Shown here one piece after another: positions 49,929-58,858 of a DNA stretch of 64,000 nucleotides; the stretch's first letter is position 1, and each line of letters begins with the position of its first letter. Location of the stretch: IMG/VR virus record IMGVR_UViG_3300028666_000001, positions 1 through 64,000 of that record. One strand, written 5' to 3'. The position numbers and the translations under genes were made by a program. The DNA is from a virus. Its lineage: Duplodnaviria; Heunggongvirae; Uroviricota; Caudoviricetes. The notes below the pieces were generated by a model. It was not told the origin of the DNA and made no database searches. It saw only the letters and a program-made list of their open reading frames with translations.

Positions 49929-50531
49929 ATGAAAAAACGAACGCCTAAAGTATTTTTACGTGATACTAATGAGAACGTAGTGTTCTTCTGGAAAAAGTAT
50001 TTTAAACCTTTTCCTGAAGTAGAGATTTCCAGTGGTGATATCTTTGAGATTAAAGCTGATGCTATAGTCTCACCCGCCAATAGCTTTGGTATGATGAGTG
50101 GTGGGATTGATTTGATTTATAGAGATAAATTTGGACTAGATGTAGAAAAGCTTGTGCAGAAGAATATTGATCTCCATTACTATGGTGAGTTGCCAGTTGG
50201 TCAAGCGTTGAGTGTTCCTATGAAAGGCCAGGATTACAATTATTTGATTGTGGCTCCTACCATGCGTCTTCCAATGAGTGTAGATAATACCCTCCATCCT
50301 TATGCTGCCTTTCGTGCTACCCTTTTAAGAGCTAAAGATAAAGAAATTGAGTCACTTGTGTGCCCAGGACTTGGAACGGGTGCTGGTATAGCATGTCCAG
50401 AAATGGTAGCCCGTCAAATGTTTATTGCTTATATCAATGTTGTTCTAAATATAAGTCCTACCAATTATGATCATCTATTAAAGCAAATGGGTTGGATGTT
50501 ACGTTGTTCTCAGGATAAAAGAGTTCTCTAA
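49929..50531 (+). CDS. macro-domain protein (ADP-ribose binding/hydrolase)
   Basis: IKADAIVSPANSFGMMSGGIDLIY and CPGLGTGAGI match macro-domain signature. Confidence 0.6.
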   Translation: MKKRTPKVFLRDTNENVVFFWKKYFKPFPEVEISSGDIFEIKADAIVSPANSFGMMSGGIDLIYRDKFGLDVEKLVQKNIDLHYYGELPVGQALSVPMKGQDYNYLIVAPTMRLPMSVDNTLHPYAAFRATLLRAKDKEIESLVCPGLGTGAGIACPEMVARQMFIAYINVVLNISPTNYDHLLKQMGWMLRCSQDKRVL

Positions 50532-50640
50532 GGAGCTTTAATGGATTCATCGACGGGTAGATGTATGTTGTGCAATGGTACGACGATTCAGATTAGTGAG
50601 CATGAGTTTAGATGTTTAGAGTGTAATTATACAAATCACC

Positions 50641-50856
50641 GTGGGAAATAAGCGTAGAATATTAATTTGTAGCTGTGGTCATAAGAAGAAACTGCATGAG
50701 TCAGGTCCTTGTTGGGGATGTCTTGAACTTAACCTAAAGGATAATATGGCTGGTATTACTGTTAATGATAGACATATTATGTGCATAAGATTTAAATTAG
50801 ACAATCTTAGATACTTAGAAATGGAATATGCGAGACTATCAAAAAGAATATCTTGA
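50641..50856 (+). CDS. DNLxYLE-tail small Zn-knuckle protein
   Basis: CSCGHKKKLH..CWGC; tail DNLRYLEME. Confidence 0.6.
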   Translation: MGNKRRILICSCGHKKKLHESGPCWGCLELNLKDNMAGITVNDRHIMCIRFKLDNLRYLEMEYARLSKRIS

Positions 50857-51007
50857 GCATCCAGTTAAATGTGTTAAATGTGGACAGGCTTGGGTTCCTG
50901 ATGCAAGACATGTGGTAGATGACCGAGTAGAAAATTGCAAGCCAGATAATTTAACTTATTTAGAATTCATGTATGAAAAAAGCCTTAATAAACCACAAGT
51001 CGAATGA
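50828..51007 (+). CDS. DNLxYLE-tail family member (59 aa, not in track)
   Basis: read from sequence: ..CVKCGQAWVPDARH..CKPDNLTYLEFMYEK. Confidence 0.5.
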   Translation: MRDYQKEYLEHPVKCVKCGQAWVPDARHVVDDRVENCKPDNLTYLEFMYEKSLNKPQVE

Positions 51008-51218
51008 TCCAAGAGAGTACTGTCGTACTTGTAGCCATGCTGATTGGTTGCACGTTAAAACATATTATTATGCTTGTGGTAGAAAACCACGTTCCTATCA
51101 TGAGGCACAATATGCCTCTGAGATTTGTCCCTGTAAAGAATTTTTGCCTGAAGATAATTTAGCTTACTTAGAGCAGTTAGAGAAAAGGAGTCACACTAAT
51201 GAAACCCCACAATCATGA
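50973..51218 (+). CDS. DNLxYLE-tail small Zn-knuckle protein
   Basis: CRTCSHADWLH..CPC; tail DNLAYLEQL. Confidence 0.6.
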   Translation: MKKALINHKSNDPREYCRTCSHADWLHVKTYYYACGRKPRSYHEAQYASEICPCKEFLPEDNLAYLEQLEKRSHTNETPQS

Positions 51219-51834
51219 GGATGAAGAATCTCAAGGTACACCATTTAATCCATATAATGAATTTGAAATTGATACCTATAAGGCTCTTCTTAAAGATAGG
51301 ATCATTCTTTATAATGGTGATATCGATAAAAGTGTAATTGAACGAATTGTTCTACCACTCACCACTTTGGCACAGAAAAGTGTAAAGCCAATAAAGCTCC
51401 TGATCAATTCTCCAGGTGGGTCTGTAACAGATGGGCAAATGGTTGTAGATTCTATCTTAACTTCTAAAGCACCAGTTATCACCGTTGCACTTGGAGAAGC
51501 TATGAGTGCAGCCTTTGATATATTTCTTGCTGGAGATAGACGCATTGTGTACCCAAATACAGTCCTCATGATGCACTCAGGCTCATCTAGGTTTGAATCT
51601 CAGACTTTACCTCAGATCAATGTAGAGGCTGATCTTCATCGTAGGTACTTTGAGAGATGGTCTGCTTGGTATGCCTCCCGCACTAAAGTTGATCAGAAGG
51701 CTTGGCATGACATGCTTAGTACTGGATTAAATTATTATTATTTTCCAGAGGAAGCATTAAAGGTTGGTTTGGTTCATGAGATCATTAAACCAGTAAGTAA
51801 GAATGTTTCTGGAAGAAAACGATTTAAATTATAA
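51199..51834 (+). CDS. ClpP-fold serine peptidase (S14), divergent copy 2
   Basis: LINSPGGSV, GEAMSAAFDIFLAGDRRIVYPNTVLMMHSGSS parallels ClpP Ser/His regions; AAAAGGAG RBS. Confidence 0.65.
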   Translation: MKPHNHEDEESQGTPFNPYNEFEIDTYKALLKDRIILYNGDIDKSVIERIVLPLTTLAQKSVKPIKLLINSPGGSVTDGQMVVDSILTSKAPVITVALGEAMSAAFDIFLAGDRRIVYPNTVLMMHSGSSRFESQTLPQINVEADLHRRYFERWSAWYASRTKVDQKAWHDMLSTGLNYYYFPEEALKVGLVHEIIKPVSKNVSGRKRFKL

Positions 51835-51843
51835 TAGATAACA

Positions 51844-52143
51844 ATGGAAGACGAGATCTTTGATTTAGATTTGGAGTCTCTTGCAAAAGAAGCTGCTGAT
51901 CAGGATAATAGCTACATTTGGTATGTAGGCACTCACGTTGAGATTGAGGATGGTATTTCTAGATTCCTTAACAACTTACGTTATAATGGTCATATCTTGC
52001 TTGAAGAGCCCAAGATTTACGATTATCTCTACCAGGGACGAGATATTCTTTATATTATTTTTTATAAATCCCTAACAAAGCTAGAGTATTTAGAATATAA
52101 ATACCAACAGAAGGTAGATAACAATGGTAGCGATACTTTGTAA
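51844..52143 (+). CDS. DNLxYLE-tail family, divergent long form
   Basis: tail TKLEYLEYK. Confidence 0.45.
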   Translation: MEDEIFDLDLESLAKEAADQDNSYIWYVGTHVEIEDGISRFLNNLRYNGHILLEEPKIYDYLYQGRDILYIIFYKSLTKLEYLEYKYQQKVDNNGSDTL

Positions 52144-52342
52144 ATGTGGTCACAGGAAGTACAAACATAGTCCTTATCCAATTGATGCTCCCCATTGTAA
52201 GGGTGAGAAGTGGCATTGGTATCATGTACCAATTGTATTTGGCTGCAGATGTCGAGCTTATGATGATACTGGTAATTTGGAATTATTAGAATGGCTCTCT
52301 TCTAGACGAGTAGATAAGAATAAAAAGGGTAGAAAAGTATAA
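52124..52342 (+). CDS. DNLxYLE-tail small Zn-knuckle protein
   Basis: CKCGHRKYKH..CRC; tail GNLELLEWL. Confidence 0.6.
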   Translation: MVAILCKCGHRKYKHSPYPIDAPHCKGEKWHWYHVPIVFGCRCRAYDDTGNLELLEWLSSRRVDKNKKGRKV

Positions 52343-52397
52343 TATTTCCGTGTTAATATAGGAGTTCTATGCACTGTAGCAGGATTTGGTTATTTTA

Positions 52398-52922
52398 ATG
52401 GGTAGACCTAAGAAACAATTTTGTCCTAAAGGACATGATACTTTTATTTGTGGTAGAACTGATAATAATTGTTGCAGACAATGTAATAGAGACAGTACCA
52501 GAATATGGATTAATTTACATAAAGACCAACATAAGATTGTTAATGCCAATTGGAAGAAAGAAAATAAAGAAGCATATAATGCCTATCATAGAAATAGATA
52601 TCATACAAATATAAATCACAAATTGGCTAGTAGGATTCGCAATCGTATTAATGACGTTTTAAATGGCAAGGTAAAAGTATCACATGTCCTAGATGTGCTT
52701 GGTTGCGGTTTGGATTTTTTAAAGGTTCATATAGAAAAACAATTTAAAGATGGCATGTCCTGGAGTAATTGGAATAAGTGGGGATGGCACATCGATCATA
52801 TTACTCCACTGGATAGTTTTGATTTGTCTGACAAAGAACAGTTTGCAAAAGCAGTTCATTATACCAATCTTCAGCCTATGTGGGCTACCGATAATTGGTC
52901 GAAAGGAAATAGAATAAAGTGA
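52398..52922 (+). CDS. HNH-type endonuclease, paralog 3 of 3
   Basis: CPKGH..CCRQCNRD, basic region, WHIDHITPLDSFDL..HYTNLQPMW. Confidence 0.6.
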   Translation: MGRPKKQFCPKGHDTFICGRTDNNCCRQCNRDSTRIWINLHKDQHKIVNANWKKENKEAYNAYHRNRYHTNINHKLASRIRNRINDVLNGKVKVSHVLDVLGCGLDFLKVHIEKQFKDGMSWSNWNKWGWHIDHITPLDSFDLSDKEQFAKAVHYTNLQPMWATDNWSKGNRIK

Positions 52923-53091
52923 AAGATGAAGTAAAAATACGTAAGTCGTTTCCAAATGATTTTGATCCAAATACCAAAATTCATAAGGTCAAAACGGATT
53001 ACCAAAGAAATAATAACAAAAAAGAAATCCAGAAAGCCTTAGAACAAGAGGCATTGGATAATGCTGATTCCGATTTAGACTGGCTCCCCTA

Positions 53092-53241
53092 ATGAAACGT
53101 AGTCCTAAAGAATTAAAAATCAAAATATGTTGGTGTGGTCACTCCGCTGAATCTCATCCTAGATACTTAGAGTATACAGGATATATTTGCGTAGATTGTG
53201 ACAAGTGCAATGACTATGGCCCAGCGACTGTTAATAGATAA
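53092..53241 (+). CDS. divergent family relative (CWCGHSAESH..PRYLEY then extra Cys cluster), 49 aa
   Basis: read from sequence. Confidence 0.3.
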   Translation: MKRSPKELKIKICWCGHSAESHPRYLEYTGYICVDCDKCNDYGPATVNR

Positions 53242-53380
53242 AAAGTTTCCATGTAAATGTGGTCATGATAAAGATGAGCATCATCTTCATTCCAGAGCAT
53301 GTTGGTTTTGTGCTCTCTATGGTGAATGGTGTGAGAATTTTGTTGGAGACAATTTAAAATACTTGGAAGGTAAAATTTAA
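53198..53380 (+). CDS. DNLxYLE-tail small Zn-knuckle protein
   Basis: CKCGHDKDEHH..CWFC; tail DNLKYLEGK. Confidence 0.65.
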   Translation: MTSAMTMAQRLLIDKKFPCKCGHDKDEHHLHSRACWFCALYGEWCENFVGDNLKYLEGKI

Positions 53381-53391
53381 GGAGAATCACA

Positions 53392-56193
53392 ATGACAAAC
53401 TTCGAATGGCTTGATAATATGCTGGGAAACAAAATTTCTAAAGAGGCTATGGAGTCTCAAGGAACAGATAAACAGGATCATTTTGAGCGCAAGGTTAAGG
53501 CTCATGATTGGATCAATGGTGTTACTGAGCTAGATCCCGTTCAAGTTGAAGCAGAGTATCAGGCTAAGCTGAAAGAAGAGGCTATGACTCTTGGTAAGAC
53601 AGCTGCTTATGATGAACACGAAACTCCTAAAGAAACAATTAATAAAGATTTTGAACGTGACGTAAAGATTCTTTCTGATTATGCTCTCGCTGAAATGCTT
53701 GCAGAAGCACGAGGCCATGAGAAGCAGAATTCGATGGAGATGTTCTATGAGCTTAAGGAAAAGGCTAAGTCAGAAGTAGCCTCTTCTCGTGAGAAGGCTG
53801 AGAAAGCCTTGCTCGAACTTATTCCCGATCACACCATGCTGGATTGGAAGAAAGCCTTTGAGAAATTCACTAAAGATTCAAAACCAGCAGAAGCTACAGA
53901 GAAAGATCTCTATCACTCTGATGTACCAGATAAAGCACATAATTTTGATAGTCCATCTGAAGAGAAGTTTAAAGTTCCAGCAGATCAAGAGAAAGCAATC
54001 CCAGGTAATGGACGTGAAGCTGATGAACGTACTGATGCAACGAAAGAAGCAGGAGTACTTCAAGCTGATATTACAAAGGGTCTTGGAAAAGAAGCTGCTA
54101 AGAAAGAACATACAGAAGATTGTATAGAAGCTAATGATGATACCTCAGTACTCAAGGGCCATTGTATTTGTCCCTCCGACAAAAAAGCTGAGAAGGTTAA
54201 AAATAACCCCGCAGATGATAAGGGAAATCTTGCTATGCCAGAAGGTAAAAAATCCGCTGGTGATGCAGCAGTAGAGTCTGTTGAAGAGCCAACCGCTGGT
54301 GACAGCAAGAAAACTGTTGGTGATAAAGATGAGCAATCTGCTGAAGCTAATGGTCCTGAGAAGGGCGATAAAGCAAAGCATGAAGAGTCAGTACAGAAAG
54401 ATGCTTCTGAGAAAGTAGCTGAAGGTACACCAAAATGTAAAACTTGTAAGCATACTTCTGGTACACATAAAGAAGATTCTTGTCATGGTGATGGCTCTCC
54501 CTGTGATTGCACAGGTTATAAAGCATTAGATAAAGAAGCTCATTGTGGTTCTTGCCCAGGCGATCCAGGAATGGAACAAAAAGGCGCACCCGAAGAAATG
54601 GAAAAAGATGCTGCTTCGAATGATGCTGCAATTGCTGGTTTTATGAGTGGTCAAGGTGGAGCTTCAAGTGCAAACCTTCATGTTGTTAAAGGTACAAAAG
54701 GTATGGTACTAGTTAACTATGAGACTCCAATTGCTTATCGATCAGCAGATGGTACTCTCTATATGAATTCTGATAAATATTCACAGACAACTTCAAGCAT
54801 TCAAAGTAAAATTCGTCAAGCAGCTGGTGGAAAGATTAAAGAAGTCTCAGCTGGTGAACTAGAAACAATCATGGAAGGCAAACCAGGGATCGTTCCTAAT
54901 GCCCCCAATGCAGCTCAGCCAATTGCTGAAAAGACAGCAGATGGTGCAAGTGCAAGTGATAACTGTCCCGTTTGTGGTACAGCTGGTCAAGATTTAATGA
55001 ATGGTGCAAAAGAGAATATGTCTTGTGAAGCATGTGGTCTTACATATGCATGTGGTAGCATGTCATCTAAAGCTGATCTAGAATCTGATGGAGTTTACTC
55101 TCCTGAAGAAATTGCTGAAACATTCGTTAATGGGAATATTAAAGATGCTCGCGCAGCAGTTGGTGGGGATCTAGATACATTTATGTCTGTATTAGAAATC
55201 CTTGGTCATGGTTCACCTGAAGGTCAGTCATTTGCACGACTTATGCGTAAAGCTGCTTTAAGAGAAATTAAGAACATTTCTAAAAAAGCTGATGTAATTA
55301 AAAAGATTGCCGAAGTTCCTAGCCCTTGGATTGTTAAGACTGATGAAAATGGTCAAGAGGTTATTGCACGAGTAGAACCAGTTGCTAATGAGAAAGTTTC
55401 CGAAGAAGATCCTACTACAGATCTTACTAAATCAGCAGGACTTATTAAATCTGCAGCAGAAGCACCAGCTGCTCCTGCCACTGATGAAGAAGATAAAGAT
55501 AAAGCCCCAACAGATGCTGCTCCTAAAGCAGAAGATGCTGCTACACCAGCTCCCGTAGCTGCCCCAGCAGCAGTTGTCGCTCCTGCAGCAGCTCCAGTCG
55601 CTGCTCCTGCAGCAGCCGTAGTTCCTCCAGCTCCAGCTGCATCAACTGGTGATACAACTTCCCCAACTCGAACCAATACAGAAACAGGTGGTTCAAGTCC
55701 TGGTGGTGCTTCAACAGGTGGAGTCGGTAGTGGAATTGGTGGTGCTGGTACAGGTGGTGCTGCAACAGGCGGTGCATCAACTGGTGGTGCTGGAACTGTA
55801 AATGTAACTCTTTCTGGTAACAGTGGAACAGGCTCAAACAGTGATGGTGAGAAAGGTGAGCCAATTACGATTAATATAAGTAACGTTGGTGGAACCACAG
55901 ATGCTGGTGATGTTGCCAGTGGTGATGGTCCTGGTAGTGCAGGAGAAGGTGGGTCAGGCAAAGGTTCTGGTGGTGGTGGCGGTGGTGCTTCTCCAGATGA
56001 ACCAAGAAATTTTAGTACATCTAAAAAAGATGAGAAAAAAGATGAATCTGATTCATCTATGTTTGATAAAGATGATGACGCAGATAAAGCTCCTGAAGAT
56101 GCAGCTCCCGCTGCAGCTCCAGTTGCCCCAACCGCAGCTCCTTTAAAGCCACTTAATTCAGCAGCTTCTTGGATAAGAGAATTACTTAAATAA
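53392..56193 (+). CDS. giant acidic protein with family-type Zn knuckle (CKTCKHTSGTH) and A/P/G-rich low-complexity C-terminal region
   Basis: AAGGAGAATCACAATG RBS; 933 aa uninterrupted; minus-strand ORFs here are low-complexity shadows. Confidence 0.5.
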   Translation: MTNFEWLDNMLGNKISKEAMESQGTDKQDHFERKVKAHDWINGVTELDPVQVEAEYQAKLKEEAMTLGKTAAYDEHETPKETINKDFERDVKILSDYALAEMLAEARGHEKQNSMEMFYELKEKAKSEVASSREKAEKALLELIPDHTMLDWKKAFEKFTKDSKPAEATEKDLYHSDVPDKAHNFDSPSEEKFKVPADQEKAIPGNGREADERTDATKEAGVLQADITKGLGKEAAKKEHTEDCIEANDDTSVLKGHCICPSDKKAEKVKNNPADDKGNLAMPEGKKSAGDAAVESVEEPTAGDSKKTVGDKDEQSAEANGPEKGDKAKHEESVQKDASEKVAEGTPKCKTCKHTSGTHKEDSCHGDGSPCDCTGYKALDKEAHCGSCPGDPGMEQKGAPEEMEKDAASNDAAIAGFMSGQGGASSANLHVVKGTKGMVLVNYETPIAYRSADGTLYMNSDKYSQTTSSIQSKIRQAAGGKIKEVSAGELETIMEGKPGIVPNAPNAAQPIAEKTADGASASDNCPVCGTAGQDLMNGAKENMSCEACGLTYACGSMSSKADLESDGVYSPEEIAETFVNGNIKDARAAVGGDLDTFMSVLEILGHGSPEGQSFARLMRKAALREIKNISKKADVIKKIAEVPSPWIVKTDENGQEVIARVEPVANEKVSEEDPTTDLTKSAGLIKSAAEAPAAPATDEEDKDKAPTDAAPKAEDAATPAPVAAPAAVVAPAAAPVAAPAAAVVPPAPAASTGDTTSPTRTNTETGGSSPGGASTGGVGSGIGGAGTGGAATGGASTGGAGTVNVTLSGNSGTGSNSDGEKGEPITINISNVGGTTDAGDVASGDGPGSAGEGGSGKGSGGGGGGASPDEPRNFSTSKKDEKKDESDSSMFDKDDDADKAPEDAAPAAAPVAPTAAPLKPLNSAASWIRELLK

Positions 56194-56245
56194 AAGATAA
56201 GACCATAGAGTTGCAAAAATAATTTTATCTTTTAAGGAGTCTTAA

Positions 56246-58858
56246 ATGGCTATTATCACCCAAAAAATCACAAGTCTTGTAACACATGATTTCACAATGT
56301 TTGCACCTGGAAGTAATAATACTTACAGTGCTAATATTATGATTCCAGCTTCTGCTGTCAATTTAGATCTACTTACACTTTGTACTGAAGATACATTATG
56401 GGCTCTTCAACCCTCTCTTGATGCTTTGATACGTGGTGGATTCATTGTTGTTACAGGAACTATTGATACAGCTCAATTTGATTACACAGGCGTTGGTTCT
56501 ATTACTGCTGATGCTAATCCAAGTTTGCGCGGTAGTGTTAACTTTTTATCTGGTACAAATGTTACTTTTTCCCAAGTTGGTCAAGACATTACAATTAATG
56601 CTGCTGGTGGAAGTGGATCTCCTGCGGGAGCAAATACTCAATTACAATTTAATAACTCTGGAGCTTTTGGTGCAAGTTCCAATTTGACTTGGGATGGAAC
56701 AACTTTAACAGATGGTGGTAATTTATTTGTTGTTGGAGCATCTAATTTAGATAATGGTAATATTTCTACAGATGGTGGTGGTAGTCTCAATGTAGGTGGA
56801 CATATCACTGTTAATGGTGATATAAATATTAATGGTGTTACTTATCATTGGCCTTCAGCTGATGGAGCACTTAATGATGTATTAACTATTTCTGCTGTTG
56901 GAATCGGTAACACATTAAGTTGGATTCCTGCTGCGGGTAGTACTTTACCTGCTGGTGTTGATGGTCAGATCCAATTTAATAATTCTGGTGCTTTTGGTGC
57001 TGATTCAAATCTTACATATGTTGGTGGAGTGCTTACTCTTGGACTTGGTTTATCTACTCCAGCTATTCAAATCACAACAGCTCCAACAGCTGGTTATGTT
57101 CTTACTTCTGATGTATCTGGTAATGGTACATGGCAAGCCGCTAGTGGTGCTGCTCCAGGTGGTACAAATACAGCAGTTCAATTTAATAACTCTGATGTTT
57201 TTGCTGGAGATTCTGATTATTTTAGTTGGGATGATTCAGGATTTAATCTTAATTTGCGAGGTCCTGATTTAACTGGTGGTGGTCAAGGTTCTACTGGTGC
57301 AAATCTAAACTTAACTACTGGTGCTGGTGTAGCAAATGACACCTTAACTGGTGGTAATATTACACTCACTACTGGTGATCAATCAACTATTGGTGGTCTT
57401 AGTACTGGTGGTAATATTACACTTACTACTGGTATTGGACATAATAATACTGGTGGTAGCATTACACTTACAACTGGTCAAGCTGGTCTTGTAAATGTTG
57501 GTGGTAGCATTACACTTACAACTGGTCCTGGTCCTAGTACAAGTGGTGGAAGTATTACACTTACAGCTGACAATCCTGCTAATGGTGGAAATATTACTCT
57601 TACTGGAACAGGTTCAAATGGTCTAGTTACAGCTAATAAAGCTATTTTAACAGCCCTTCAAGTTACTACTGCTCCAACAGCTGGTTATGTTCTTACTTCT
57701 GATGCAGGTGGTAATGGAACGTGGCAAGCAGCTTCTGGTGGTAGTAGTAGTCCAATTACCCCTACATATTCCATAAGTCTTCCAACAAATACTGACTTTG
57801 CTACTATTACTAATGCTGCTTTCGCAGATGCTTTACCTAATTTATCATTTAACTTCTGGATAAATACGACAAGTATTAATGCGCGTATTTTTGGTAAAAC
57901 AAGTGATAATACTGCAGATGGTGGTTGGAGTGCCGATATTCTAGCTGGTGGTCAATTCGCTTTAACATTATGGCAACCAGCTGCTCAGTTTCAATATGTA
58001 ACTGCAACTGTTGCTCCTTTTAATGATGGAGTTTGGCATAACGTCCTAATGACATATGATTCAGTACTTGGTAGTGTAGTGTACATTGATGGTGTGCTTG
58101 TTCCACAAACATCAAATACTCCTATCCCTGGAACTAATTATGTTTCTCCTAATCCTCTAGGTATTGGAGATTGGGATACTCAAGTTCCAATGGCTCCAGG
58201 TCATTTGGCTCATTTCCAAATATGGAATACTACACTAACGCTTGCTAATGCCCAGACACTTGCAACAGGTGGGTCAATTCCAGCAGGACTTATTGCTTCC
58301 TGGGCTTTTTCTGAAGGAACAGGAATTACAGCTGCCGATACAATTGGTGGTAATACACTTACTTTCACAGCAGTAAATTGGAATAATGTTATTCCTGGTG
58401 GTAGTAATGGGGATATTCAAATCAATGTTAATGGATCTTTTGGGAGTCTTAAATTTACCCCAACATTTTTAGGAACATATGGTGGAAGTCCATTTACAAC
58501 AAGTTCAACTCCTAGTGATACATCTATCGTTCAGTCTTTCACAATGGCTGATCCAACACATCGTGTAAAAGTAACTGTTGTATCTGATGGATATCAGGCT
58601 GATGCTTTAGGTGGTATGGATGCATATCTTGCAATAGATGGTGCAACTGCAACAGGAAGTCATCTTGTGAATTATGGAGAAACTGGTGGTTTGACTCCTG
58701 GCGTGAACCAGAATTCACCAGTTCATCTTCAATGGATCTTTACTCCTGGTGATATCTTACCACATACTTATTCAGCACAATATGCATCAAGTGATAATGC
58801 CAGTCGTGTGATATATCCTAATGTTAATGCAACAATGATTATTGAAGAGATCATCTAA
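56246..58858 (+). CDS. tail fibre / receptor-binding protein with LamG (concanavalin-like) C-terminal domain
   Basis: AAGGAG RBS; three QFNNSGAFG.DSNLT repeats; G/T/N-rich beta-repeat region; C-term FNFWINTTS..GVWHNVLMTYD..VYIDGVL LamG-like. Confidence 0.55.
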   Translation: MAIITQKITSLVTHDFTMFAPGSNNTYSANIMIPASAVNLDLLTLCTEDTLWALQPSLDALIRGGFIVVTGTIDTAQFDYTGVGSITADANPSLRGSVNFLSGTNVTFSQVGQDITINAAGGSGSPAGANTQLQFNNSGAFGASSNLTWDGTTLTDGGNLFVVGASNLDNGNISTDGGGSLNVGGHITVNGDININGVTYHWPSADGALNDVLTISAVGIGNTLSWIPAAGSTLPAGVDGQIQFNNSGAFGADSNLTYVGGVLTLGLGLSTPAIQITTAPTAGYVLTSDVSGNGTWQAASGAAPGGTNTAVQFNNSDVFAGDSDYFSWDDSGFNLNLRGPDLTGGGQGSTGANLNLTTGAGVANDTLTGGNITLTTGDQSTIGGLSTGGNITLTTGIGHNNTGGSITLTTGQAGLVNVGGSITLTTGPGPSTSGGSITLTADNPANGGNITLTGTGSNGLVTANKAILTALQVTTAPTAGYVLTSDAGGNGTWQAASGGSSSPITPTYSISLPTNTDFATITNAAFADALPNLSFNFWINTTSINARIFGKTSDNTADGGWSADILAGGQFALTLWQPAAQFQYVTATVAPFNDGVWHNVLMTYDSVLGSVVYIDGVLVPQTSNTPIPGTNYVSPNPLGIGDWDTQVPMAPGHLAHFQIWNTTLTLANAQTLATGGSIPAGLIASWAFSEGTGITAADTIGGNTLTFTAVNWNNVIPGGSNGDIQINVNGSFGSLKFTPTFLGTYGGSPFTTSSTPSDTSIVQSFTMADPTHRVKVTVVSDGYQADALGGMDAYLAIDGATATGSHLVNYGETGGLTPGVNQNSPVHLQWIFTPGDILPHTYSAQYASSDNASRVIYPNVNATMIIEEII

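Noticed and set aside
10123-53380. DNLxYLE region as a nucleotide-level repeat (for example an RNA or DNA motif, or CRISPR-like repeats)
   Set aside because: Copies differ extensively at synonymous positions and lie at variable distances, always in-frame near C-termini. The conservation is at the protein level. No repeat-spacer periodicity was seen.
55353-56216. 287-aa minus-strand ORF and other minus-strand ORFs (for example 12985-13407, 3678-3965, 49126-49545)
   Set aside because: All overlap continuous, RBS-preceded + strand genes. The 55 kb case is a shadow of GCT/GCA/GGT-rich low-complexity coding. No promoters or SDs support minus-strand genes, and the whole window is unidirectional.
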